Positions 25,601 to 37,600 of a stretch of DNA of 64,000 nucleotides are shown piece after piece; position 1 is the stretch's first letter; each line of letters opens with the position of its first letter. Origin of the DNA: Nymphaea colorata (taxonomy: Eukaryota); contig NC_045138.2 of assembly GCF_008831285.2 (NCBI RefSeq), positions 8,928,001 through 8,992,000 on the forward strand, read 5' to 3'. The notes below the pieces were generated by a model, which did not search any database, had not been told where the DNA came from, and worked only from the letters and a program-made list of their open reading frames with translations. A program made the position numbers and the translations under genes.

Positions 25601-28600
25601 TCTCGTCCGAGGTCGTCCTCCTCCTCATCGCCGTGCTCCTTCTGTGCCCGAGCCTAGTCCGGGGTCGTCCAATGTTGCCAAATCCAAGCTCTCCTCAGAT
25701 CAACTCAGAGAGTTGCAAGCATACATTAGTCGTTTGTCTACCCAGGATGATGCTTCTACTTCTGAGGGGGCTAAGTTAGCCCAGGCCCTGGTTGCTACTA
25801 GTGATCAAGGTAATTCCTCTCTCGGTGATTGGATTGTTGACAGTGGGGCTACTCATCACATGACAAGGGACCCTACGATGTTTCAAGAGTACAAGTTGAC
25901 CTCTGGGCAGCAGCGTGTGTCTATGGCTAATGGTTCTTCTATCTCTGTGGCTGGAAAAGGGAGTTTATCATTACTGAACAAATATTGTCTTCATAATGCC
26001 CTGCATGTTCCCAATATTCCCGTAAATTTGTTATCTGTCAGCAGTATTACCAAAGAGCTAAACTGTAATCTAATTTTCTCTGCTGATTGTTGTTTCCTGC
26101 AAGACTTGGGGACGAGGCAGAAGATTGGGATTGGTTCGGTTATTGATGGTCTCTACAGACTGCCCGTACAAGTTGCTTCTGCTTTGATTTCAGCCACCAG
26201 TGGACAGTTGCCTGGCGTAGAGGACAGATCCGTCATTATGCGTTGGCACGAGAGACTTGGTGATACCACAAGTGCAGAAACCAGTCATGTAGGCTAAGAG
26301 AAAGTGACTACAAGACTACTCAACCTATTATATGTATATGCTAAGTCTGGGAGTTCACTGCCTGTTAGAATTTGTGCCTTTGCTACAAAGTATTCTGAAG
26401 ATAACCCAGAAAGAAATTTATCTACCATCCTGGACTCAAAGTGTTTTGCATAGCAGTGCTGGAAAGGTGAGTGAAGGGCTTTTGACTGTTCATATGCAAC
26501 AGTTAATGTGACAAAAGTACTGGGACAAGTCTTGATCACCTTGCTGTATGTTGTATAATTCTTCTTCCACTTGTAATATCTTAATAACATTGATAGCATG
26601 AGAATATGTCTTCATAAGGAAAGACTACATATTTTTGTCCTTGTGTAGTATGCAATTGTTGGAGTTATATGAGACTCTACACTGTTCATAATCCACAACA
26701 TCACAATGTTATTGTCTTCATCCCATGCAGCATATTTCTCTTTTTTCTCGGCAAGTTCATTTTCTTCAAGGATATATTTCTTCCTATGACCAGCCACAGA
26801 CATCATGAACACCCTAGACCAGATTCCATAATTCGAACCATTAAGCTTGATCGTGGTTCCACAAGAGAAGGAATTTCTAGCCATCTTGTATTCATTAGAA
26901 CCTTCAGACTTATTAACATCAGCCATAGTAAAATCTCAAAAAAAATTGACGCACAATATATGTGTATAATAGGCAGCAGTCAACCACAATCGAGAAAAAT
27001 ATCGCTACTGACCACAGAAATCATAAGAATATTACAAGCAAGGAAACAAAGGAGAATCTGCAATCACCGGACATGAGTCAATTCTGCACAATAGAACAAG
27101 AGAAGATAGCAGATTACTGCAGTTTCAGCCAATGACTGCCGCAGCTCTAATCTTAGTTGGCCCACATGTGACTGCACATACGACTAGCAGTCCACAATGC
27201 ACGTTATAAAGAACATTAATCCAAACAGCATCCACTAACAGCAGATAAGTTCTGCATATATTCTGCTCCACACGATCCACTTGAGGATCTGATCACACCT
27301 TCCACATAGGCGAGAGTAGGTCCTCCTCCACGCAGCATGACCAGACCCTATCCTCTTACCGCCTCTCTGCTGGTGGATAAAAAGGAAGCGAGATGGGCGG
27401 CGGTAAGAGGACGAGAGAGGGGGAGAACGAAAGGGAAGAAGTCACCGTAAAATCTACTTGGCTGCCGACATTAGGATGCCCTTGGCTCTCATACTATGTT
27501 ACAACCAGAGAGAGAGAACGTTCAAAAATTGTCATTAACGTAACCCTAATCTCAGGGATAAAAGAGATTAGGGCTGGCGGTAACCAGAATTACAATTTTA
27601 GTCCAACTAAAATAAAATAACAGTAAAAGACACACATTTCAACTTCCTAATATTGTAGAATAACTCAAACCGACAGTCAAATATATTTAACAAAACAGAA
27701 AAGGCTTTTACAAAAGAACCAGATGACACTAAAAAGCTTAATAAGAAAATTATCTTTAAAGATGCAAATCAGAAAGGAACATACAGTGAGTACCACAGAA
27801 TGGCATAAAATTCAAACACTTTGACATACGGCAGAACACATAGTCATGTCCTATTGCAGTTGGCACATGGTTATCAAACAAGGAGTTGCTACTGACAGTA
27901 ACTTAAATACCTGGGCAAATGATCAGCATGTTGAATAAAATTGGACCATGATATGTCGCCTTCTTCCAGTTGAAGGTCCACATCCTTACCAACAGCTGGA
28001 ATGACAATAGCTTTGCAACTACCAGCTTCTCTAACACGTCTGTAAGTTTCAAAAAAGAAGTGATGTTTCAACTTTCATAATGCCAAGCCTTCTAGACATC
28101 ATGTTTGGTTTATCATTAAGTAAACTAAAAAAAAGGAACAAAATGATACCAGATTCACGAAAACAAAAATCAGCCAAGATGATGTATCTCTATGTCTCTA
28201 GATTCAAGATGACCTTCCCCCAGCACTATAACCTTTTCTCTCACATTCAGGAATAGAAATCATAACTTTTTTGCATCTTGATAAGGAGGATTTTATCTGG
28301 TATGTGTAATGACCTTAGACTAAAGCACATATGCAGCATAAGATACATGTAGCAAAACTGAGTAAACCTCCGTGTTATCTGTAGACAACATCTAAGAGGC
28401 AAGAGGTAGTGGAGCTTAAGAAAGAACAGACTTTTAGTAACAGAAAAGAGGTTAAGTGGGTCAACTTTCACTATCTTGCTTTAACCTGGCATGACAAAAT
28501 GATGGTAGAAGAGAGATGTTTAAGGTGTTGAAGAAGTTGAGGTCAACGATTCCATCTTCAAGCTTGTTCACCTACATTTAAGCCTGAATTAAACTTCCAG

Positions 28601-31600
28601 AGGCAGCTCTTTGAAATACTTTTTTTTTTTTTTTTTTTTTTTTTTTGCTTCTGGTGCTCAGCAGCAAATTAGGAACTTCAGCCTCACGGTTGACACTCCA
28701 GCCTCACGGTTGACACTCCAGCCTCTTGGATAGCAAGCCAGTTCTTTGCTTGGCCATTAATTCTGCCCTACATACATCTAGCTACTTGAATTTTGAACAA
28801 TGATGTGTCACATATTTTTAATTGGCAAAATAAATGGCCTCGCATCAAACCGGGCCCATGATGGAGCTCTTAAACTGAGACAAAAACCCTTTCTTGAAGA
28901 CATTCTGCTGTCTCCCTCTCTCCAGCACCTTAGATGCTCTCTCTCTCTCTCTCTCTTGTTTATGCAAGGAGTACACAGCAGTTGCTTCTCCCTTAATCTC
29001 TGCTAATTTGCTGTCAAACCACAAGAACAAAGTTTAGGTAGTAATTCAGAACTGAACTTCTTCCCTAATGTTTGCTACACTTTCTGTATCTCTTCTCCTA
29101 AACATCCAACACAGTATTGACCATGGAGAGTTAAAATCATCTAGAACCTATTCTTTGTAGCCTTAACAAACTAGGTGCATAGTCAAGAACCCATCTGCAA
29201 GGTTTCAGTGCAATATCCTGGATGAGGCAAAAAGGAGGTGCAAGTGAATGAGAGTATAAATGTGTAAATTATCTATGTAAGTCAGGTTGAGCCATCAAAT
29301 TTCCACTGTCAGTCATCTGGTGGCCAAATTATTCTAGAAATGCAATCATATAGCAAGCATCAAAATATCCAAAAAATGTGAGGATAAAAAGGATTGATAG
29401 GTAGCTCTAACTTTCGTGGTTTTTTTTTTAATATATATGTTGAGAAAATGTGCTGGTTTGAGGTTTTCTGAATTTTGAAACTTTATTATTAGGTAGTTCT
29501 TTGAATTTTTAATTATTTATTGGACTCTTTATGTAAGAGGTTAGACATAACCATAATTAGTTCCTTTTAATCTGAACGAAGAGGAGGAGCCGTTACAGAC
29601 ACCTTCCTTTTCTCTCTTTCTCTGCTCTATAGCTTCTCTCGATTATCTCGTCTCATATTCTTCGTTCTTACTTTTTTAACTTTAAGGTCAACATGGTATA
29701 AGAGCAAACAGTCTTGGGACCCTATTGACGCTGTTTTAAATTAATGAGACTTCCTCGTTCTCTTATTCTCCATCAATGCCTAGGTGCTGATAATCTTTCT
29801 TTTGGCTGAAAACGGTACTTCTCAGCCTGTCGAGGGTTAGGGTACTGATCACAAACATGTCAACGTGATTAGAACCCCTAACCCATGTTAATTAGGTCGT
29901 TGGTGGAACTTCAAGCATATGTGGATAGTTGCTGATCGCTTGAAGATATGAATCTGACGTAATTTCTGCATGCAACTATGTGCCTATCATGGAGTTGCTG
30001 AGACAACGGGTTGCAGGTCAGAACATTGTTTGTTATTAGTGTAGTGTCGCTGTAGTACAGGCGTGATTGCAGTCTGTCGTGGGTTAAGTTAATTCATTTG
30101 TTGGACCAGTTGTGTTCATTGGGAGTAACTTGTCGATCAGAATATCTATTGTCTTTCATTCAAGGGTATTTCATAATTACATAAAGGTTTGTTCATGGAC
30201 TTCCAGATTTTTCTATCTTCTAGAGGTTTATCATGGCTAACAATAAATCTCTACAACATCATACAATTGAATCTGAAAATAAGCAAACAAATGCTGGTGT
30301 AGAGTACAAAAGCTTTCTCAAATCCATTTTCTTTTGGATCTATTATCACACTCGATGGATCTAACTATGATGTATGGGCTAGAACCTTCATGCCATCAGT
30401 TATTGGACACAGGAAGAAATATATTCTGGAAGAAGATAAGGCAGTAAAAGAAAATCGGCAAGTATGTATGGTGGGAGGAAAAAAAAACCATAATTAGTGT
30501 TTGGCTTATGAATAAACACTCAGCCTCAAATTGATGTTGGGCTCTCCAATTATAGTACAACTACAGCTATGTGGAATTCTCTCCAGGAAACATACTCTCA
30601 AGACAAGAACATCAGCAAAATTCTACAAGTTCAGCAAGAACTGTTACAAATACAGCGAGGTGACATGGATTTAACTTAATACTTTACGAAACTGAAGTTT
30701 ACTTATGAAAAGATAAATTCCTTAAAACCTCCCAGCAAGCACTGTCTCAAGTTTCACATGGAGCCTATGTCACACGGATACGGGTACGGGTATCCTACGG
30801 ATACGGGTACGGGTACGCGGACACGGTAATTTCAAAATTTTAGGATACGCGGACACGGCGAATATTATATTTTAAAAAAATTAAAAATGATAATGAAATA
30901 AAAAAACATGAAATTTATAATAAAAAGACTAACGTCCCTCTTTCTTTGTCTTTCTTTGTCCATACTTTGTCTGTCCTCATAGACAACACAGCCAAAGAAA
31001 AACCCACTTTTATTTTAAAATATTAAAACAATTTAAATTTTAAATATATATATAAAATAATGTTGATAGAAAATGAGGTTACCGTGAGTTTGCAAACAAT
31101 TTAAAATTATAACCGTTTTTGTTTAAATAACACAAAATTTAGGGCCATTTTGAAATTTGTTCAAATGAAAGCTATAAAACGGATTATAAAAGTGGTTCGG
31201 ATCGGGTCTGACCCAGACCCGATCCAAAACGTATCCGGCCGTATCGCCGTGTCGGGATTCCCGTGTCGGCGTGTCGACACCGGTACTCAACCCAATCTGC
31301 CGTATCCGTGTGACGTAGCATGGAGCAAATGATTGTTGTTAAATTTCTAGCTGGATTGTCATCAGATTACTCTCCAACCACAATTCAAATGCTTACAGGA
31401 TCAGATTTTCCCAATCTAGATGAGGCCTTCAACAGGCTAAACAGATTGACCGTTACCCTTCCTCCATCTACAAATAACTCTTAGGCATCTGCACGTGTCT
31501 CATTTGGAGGAGGACGAAATGAAGTGCACAACACACATCCCATGGTAGAGGAAGAGGTCGTGGTCTAAGAGGATGCGGAAGACTCAAATACCCATACTGT

Positions 31601-34600
31601 GGTCGACTTGGCCACTTAAAGGATAAGTGCTGGAATAAAGTGGATAAACCTAACACATTTGTATCATCGACTGTGACATCCTCATCCATTTCAACTTCTA
31701 ACACACAGTCTATTAGAATGGCTCCTAAGGTGAATCCCACTTGTAGATGCTACATCAAACTTGACTTAATTATGGAGCATTGATCAAATATTGCACCTTC
31801 TACCTCATCACCTTCCACGCTATCACAAATTCAGCATATTCTACAGGTAGAACTCCCTACAATGGCTGTTGGATAATTGATTTTGGAGCATTTAAACACT
31901 TTTGTGGAGATGCTAGTATTTCAAACTTGCAAAAAATTAATCCCTCATGGCATGTTCGATTGGCAGATGGAAGGCTATCTCCGGTACAAAGACATTGAGA
32001 CGTTTGTCTATCTCGATCTTTACATGTTCATGAAGTGTAATATACTCCTGAATTTCCAAAGAATTAACTAAAGAGATTAATTGTCGAGTTGTTTTTGACC
32101 CAGGTATTTGTGTATTTCAAGACCTATCGACTGGGAGGAAGATTGGTGGACACCATGAGAGAGATGGAATCTACTTATTGGATACATCCGTTAAAGAGGC
32201 GTCATTCTTATGGGACTGATGCCCACCCAAATCCTAGTTTCTATCGGAGTATAGTTGGCATGTTGCAATATCTTACTTTTACACGCCAGACATAGTATAT
32301 GTTGTGAATCAAGTCTCTCAGTTTATGCATGCACCCACAAAAGAGCATATGCATGCTACCAAACGTATTTTGCATTTACTCTTGGGGATGGACTCATCTA
32401 CACAAGACAGTCAACTGTTTTGCATGGCCACAACATTTCCACTTATACTGATGCAGATTGGGCAGGTGATCCAGACGATAAACGATCAGTTTCCAGTTAT
32501 TGTCTCTTCCTTGATTCCAACCTTATATTTGTTGGAGCAACAGGAAACAATGTGCAGTTGCCAGATCTAGCACTGAGGCAGAATATAGGGCAATCGCTGC
32601 AGGCACAACTGAAGCTTCATGATTATGTCATCTGATTGGAGAACTTTCTCTTCCCATTGCTCAGTCATCTCTATTTTGTGACAACCAAAGCGCGATCAAG
32701 ATTGCCTTCAATCATGTTCTACATAATCGCACTAAGCATATAGAGATTGATCAACACTTCATTCGTCAAAAGGTTGCGGAAGACGAGATTGTTCCTACTT
32801 ATATATCCACGTTTGAACAAGTGGCTAATCTTTTTACCAAGGGACTCGCAGGGCACCATTTCTGGGAATTGAAGAACAAGTTGCGCATGATCAAACCCCA
32901 TGCACAACTTGAGGGAAACTGTTAAGTTTGTACATATGGATCGGGTCACCCAAACCCGACCCATTTGACCCACACACCCAACATGGTTGGTGGCATACTT
33001 GTAAATCTTATTGTTATTTTGTGTATTTTATGATGTACCCTAAATCGTGATTAGTATATAATGACAACAAGGGGCAGACGTCATTTGTTGCTGCTCTCTT
33101 TCATCTCTCTCTTGCTTGGACATGCAGCCCACTTCTCTCTTCCTCCTCTTGCATCTAACTTCATTCGGTGGTTGGTATTAGATATCAAAATCTTACACTT
33201 CGTTCTTACTTGTTTAACGTTAAGCAGCAATATAATTTTCCATATTCTAACCATATCTGTACAGTTAGATTGGTGAAAGACAGCCCATTTTCCAACAAAA
33301 CCAGAAGTGCAGATCATTGAACGACCATATCTAGGAGTCCTGGAATAAATCTCCCACAGTGTCACTGGTTTTCCTTCTGTTTTTTTTTTTTGGTTCTTTT
33401 CCTCCAGTCCTACCCTAGGCTCATTTCAATGCTTGTTCTCTACTTATAGCTTCTTCCTTTTCTCTACAAGATAACTCTAAGGTAAACAAAGGACCTATAA
33501 TGCCCCAAGGATGAAGCCAACGGGGCTGGTAGGGGCATCCCCCACCCTCCCTTCAAGATTTTGAAAAATAAAATTTTACCAGCTAGTTCTTTCAAAAATT
33601 CTTTTGGACCCCTGTAAAAGCTTCGAAAAATAAAATGGCCTTTCATTTAAATGGCATCTACTTAAACTTTGGGTCTTTTGGGCCTTCAAAAAAAAATTGA
33701 GAATTTTAATGGGCCCCTTGGAATTTTTTTTCAAAAATTTTGTTATCAATACCATTTAAGGCATGCACTTGATGTTGGGCCACTAAGGGCCCGTTTGATT
33801 GCCCGGGTAAAACGAGAGAAGCGGGTGAAATCTGTACAGGTGGGTGAAATTTTACCCCCCATCTCACAACGTATCAAACGGCATGAAATTTCACCGGCTC
33901 AAAAGTCCAACCTCACAAGTTGGACTTTTGAGCGGGTGAAATTTCACCCGCTCGATCTTTTCCCTCACACCCATCTTCCCCTCATTTCACCGTCTCCTCC
34001 TCCCTCCGCAGTCGACGACAACTCCTCCCTCGCATTCGAGAATATCTCCCTTCTCACCGTCGCCGCTTTGCTCCTCTGCCGGTTCGCCGACACCACAGTC
34101 GCCGCTCATGTAAGGTCTCTTGCTCTCGTTGTGTCCCTTTCCGGAACACCCAAAGTTTTTTTCTCTATCTTTCTCTCTTGCTCTCATTGTCTCCCTTTAT
34201 CTCTTGCTCTTGCTTCTCTTGCGGAGAGCACATTCCACGCTGTGAGATCTATGGCGTGCTAAGATTTTTTTAGTTGCTTTGTTGCTTGCATCTTCAATGG
34301 AGTTGGATTGTGATGATTAGGTGTACGAGCAATCCATCTCAGCTGTTTGTCATTTGGATTGGCCCAAAGATAGGCTATTGATACAGATATTAGATGATTC
34401 AGATGAGGAAGGCATACAAAAGCTGATTAAGAATGAAGTTTCTGTTAAAGTTCTTTTTAGAGTCAATTTGAGGCTTTCTGTAATATTAGAAAGTGGACTA
34501 GGGACTACTTATTGTTTTCTAATATTCTAGTGGACTGAAATTGTAAATATGTAGTCTTTACCCTAATCTCTTTTAACCTGAGATTAGGGTTACGGGATCA

Positions 34601-37600
34601 ATAAGAAAAATGACTCTCTCTCTCTGATTGCGACATGGCATCAGAGCCTCCACCGCCGGTGACAACCAAGTAAGTTTTCCGGTGACTCCTTCTCCGGCGA
34701 CTTCTTCCTCCGGCGTCTTCTTTCTCTTTTCTCTTATCGTCGCCCATCTTTATTTCTTCTTACCCATCAACAGGGAGGCGGTAAAGAAATAAAGTTTGGG
34801 TGTGCTGCGTGGAGAAGGACTGATCACGCCTATGTGGAAGGCGTGATGAGATCCTTAAGTGGATCTCGCGGCTGCTGTTTGATATAAGGAAAAACAAATT
34901 GTGGATCAGATCTGTTTTTTTTATGATGTTTGAGGCGTGATGAATGTGGATTTCTTTTTGAAGTGGATGATGTAACAGTCGGCAGAAAGCAGAATTTGCG
35001 TTGACGGTGTGTGAAGAAACTGAAAACAGCAGCTGTTTCAGTTTCTGATGGTGTAAACAGTTGACAGATAGCAGCAGAAACTGGAAATCAATAGCAGTCG
35101 ACCAAGAATAACAAAAAAATTATATTCTGTAATCTATCTTCTACTCTCTGTTATGCTGTTCAGACGTGGGCAATTCCTATGATTACAGATTTGTTTGCTA
35201 TCCATCATGCTACTCTCTGTTATGCTGTTTTGCTGTGGGCAGTTCCTGTGACTACATAATTGTTTTTGCTATCTATCATGTGATGCCTGTATGATCTTTG
35301 AGGATAGTAGAAATATATTTCTCTTCGGTATTTGACTGTTGCATAATTGCATCCTTACTATCATGTGTTAGTTTTCTTTCTGTTTCCTACTATGGCTGAC
35401 GGTAGTAGGTCAAAAAGTCCTAATGAATATAAGATGACGATAGTAGGTCAGAAAGTCCTAATGAATATAAGATGACTGGTAACTCCTTTTCGTATGGAAC
35501 CACAATCAAACTTGATGGTTCAAATTATGAAATCTGGTCCAGGGTATCTATGATGTCTGTGGCTGGTCATAGAAAGAAATATATTATTGAAGAAGATGAA
35601 CCTCTTGAGAAAAAAGAGAAATATGCTGCGTGGGATGAAGATAATAACATTGTAATGGCATGGATTATGAACAGTGTAGAGTCTCGTATAGCTCCAACAA
35701 TTGCATACTACACCAAAGCTAAAGATATGTGGTCTTTCCTGAAGAAGACGTATTCTCATGCTACTAATGTTATTAAAATTTTACAATTTGAAGAAGAGCT
35801 TTGTAACATACGGCAAGGAGATCAAGATGTGCCACAGTATTTTGCTACATTGACGGCTGCATATGAACGGTTAAAAGCTCTTCGTCCACCTTGCAAGCAC
35901 TGTTATGCATCACATTTTGAAACTGGTATGGTGCAAAGTTTCTTTCTGGGTTATCTTCGAAGTATTCGCGAAGTCTCAAATTCTTATAGGCAGTGACCTC
36001 CCACACTTAGCAGATACTTATAATAGGCTGAGTCGTCTTACAGTCACTCTTACTCAGCCTATGCATGACACCCCAGTCTCTACACTTGTGATGTCAGGAT
36101 GACGTAGCCATAGTTCTTTTGTTGGAACTAGGGGACGTGGTGCAGGTCGTGGGAGATTTCAATGCTCTTATTGTGGTAAATTAGGGCATCTAGAAGACCG
36201 ATGTTGGGACAAGCATCCTCATCTCCGTTCTGCTGGTTCACCAGGACGTGGTGGAGGGAAAACGAGTACAGGGAAATGGTCTTCTTCTTCTACTGCAACT
36301 TCCTCACAGTCTACAGCTTCTATGGTTTGAGTCTCCTACATGTTCTCCATCGTATTCACTCAACTTAAGCAAGGAAGAATATGAGTTGGTTCTAGCTCAG
36401 AGGTCTACCCCTGCTTCGACCAACACAGCTGCAATAGACTCGGCTTTCTCTGTTGGCAGAAGTAGCATTCATGCCTGGTGGTGTCGGAAGAATCTCTCTT
36501 CCCATTCCTGTCTGAGAAGTCCAAGGACGAGTGCGATTCCCTTGCAGTGCATGCGTCCCTATGATCAATACATTGTGGCTGTTGCAAGGGATTAAATTCT
36601 GCCGCTGAACACGACTAGCTTCGTGTTGAAATAGCTTAGCTTTCAGATCTTCAAAAGATGGAAGGACAGGTAGGACTTACAAAGCTGTGCAAAAAATGTC
36701 AAACTCTGTTCCCAGGCCACTCAAGGCTTGTTGCACCTTGTCCTTATCACTGACGGGATGTCCAATGGCTGCAAGCTGATCACTTACATTTTTTATTTCA
36801 TTCAAGTATTCCAAAACTGTACGCGTCTCACGCTTTATATCCTGAAATTGCCTCCTTAATTGCAGAAATCGTGCTTCAGATACTTGAGAATATATTGTGG
36901 CAAGGGTAGTCCACAACTCCAGGGCTGTCAAATCATCATCAATGCTTCCTAATACCTCCTCTGACAAGGTAGAAGTAACATACGCAACAAGGGACTGATC
37001 GTGAGCCAGCCAAAGTTCATATTCAGGATTGTTTTCAGTAAGAGTCTCATACTCAATTCGAACTTCACTCCCAGCCGAAGCCCAGCAGCTTCATCTCCCA
37101 CCACGGTCTTCTTCACTTCACGGGTAATATACTTTGGAGGTGCTGGAGTAGTCCCATCGACATGCCCATAGAGTCTATGGCTTTTAATAAATGAAACAAT
37201 TTGACGTTTCCAAGTCAAATAGTTACTATGATTCAGTTTTTGAGAAATAAGTTGGGAGAGAAAGCTAGAGGATAGAAGAGAAGGAGTCGGCTGATCCATG
37301 ATTGTAAAGATATGATTAGGGCAGACGACGTGAGGCAAAAATTAGGGCAGCAACAGAAATTAGGGCAAATCGATTTAGGGAAATCGATTAGGGTAAATCA
37401 CGCAGGATTAGGGCACAAAACTAAAAGAGGGATATCCACGCCAGAAAAATGGTATTTAGGGCAGATTAGTACTAATCACGTCAAATTGAAATCACTCACC
37501 GGAGGACGATGTAACCTGGCTCTGATACCATGAAAGAATCTTCACATAAACATGTCTCTCCGTCTGAAAATCTGATAGATTGAGAATAGAGAAGAAAGAG

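Larger units (their letters stand above)
15685..27692 (-). mobile_element. Copia element A (LTRs 15685-15877 and 27497-27692, TSD AAACA), internally deleted, hosting B, C, D
   Basis: AAACA at 15680-15684 and 27693-27697; decayed PBS at about 27485-27496; gag remnant 26261-26926; RNase H tail 15885-16128; LTRs differ by about 8 substitutions and 2 indels. Confidence 0.93.
29438..33229 (+). mobile_element. Copia element K, decayed (5' LTR 29438-29693, TSD ATATA), fused by deletion to a nested element
   Basis: PBS TGGTATAAGAGC 29694-29705; gag and protease remnants to about 32190; last ~32 bp of its 3' LTR at 33198-33229; ATATA at 29433-29437 and 33230-33234. Confidence 0.8.

Noticed and set aside
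26261..26268. PBS-like TGGTATCA (minus) at the inversion junction
   Set aside because: Lies in A gag coding sequence with no adjacent LTR; 8-mer can be chance.
30771..30860. Short spaced repeats as CRISPR-like array
   Set aside because: Subterminal repeats of a hAT MITE in eukaryotic DNA; no unique spacers or cas genes.
33669..34262. 197-aa ORF upstream of CSLC exon
   Set aside because: TTG start, spans two TE ends, no recognisable similarity to CSLC N-terminus.
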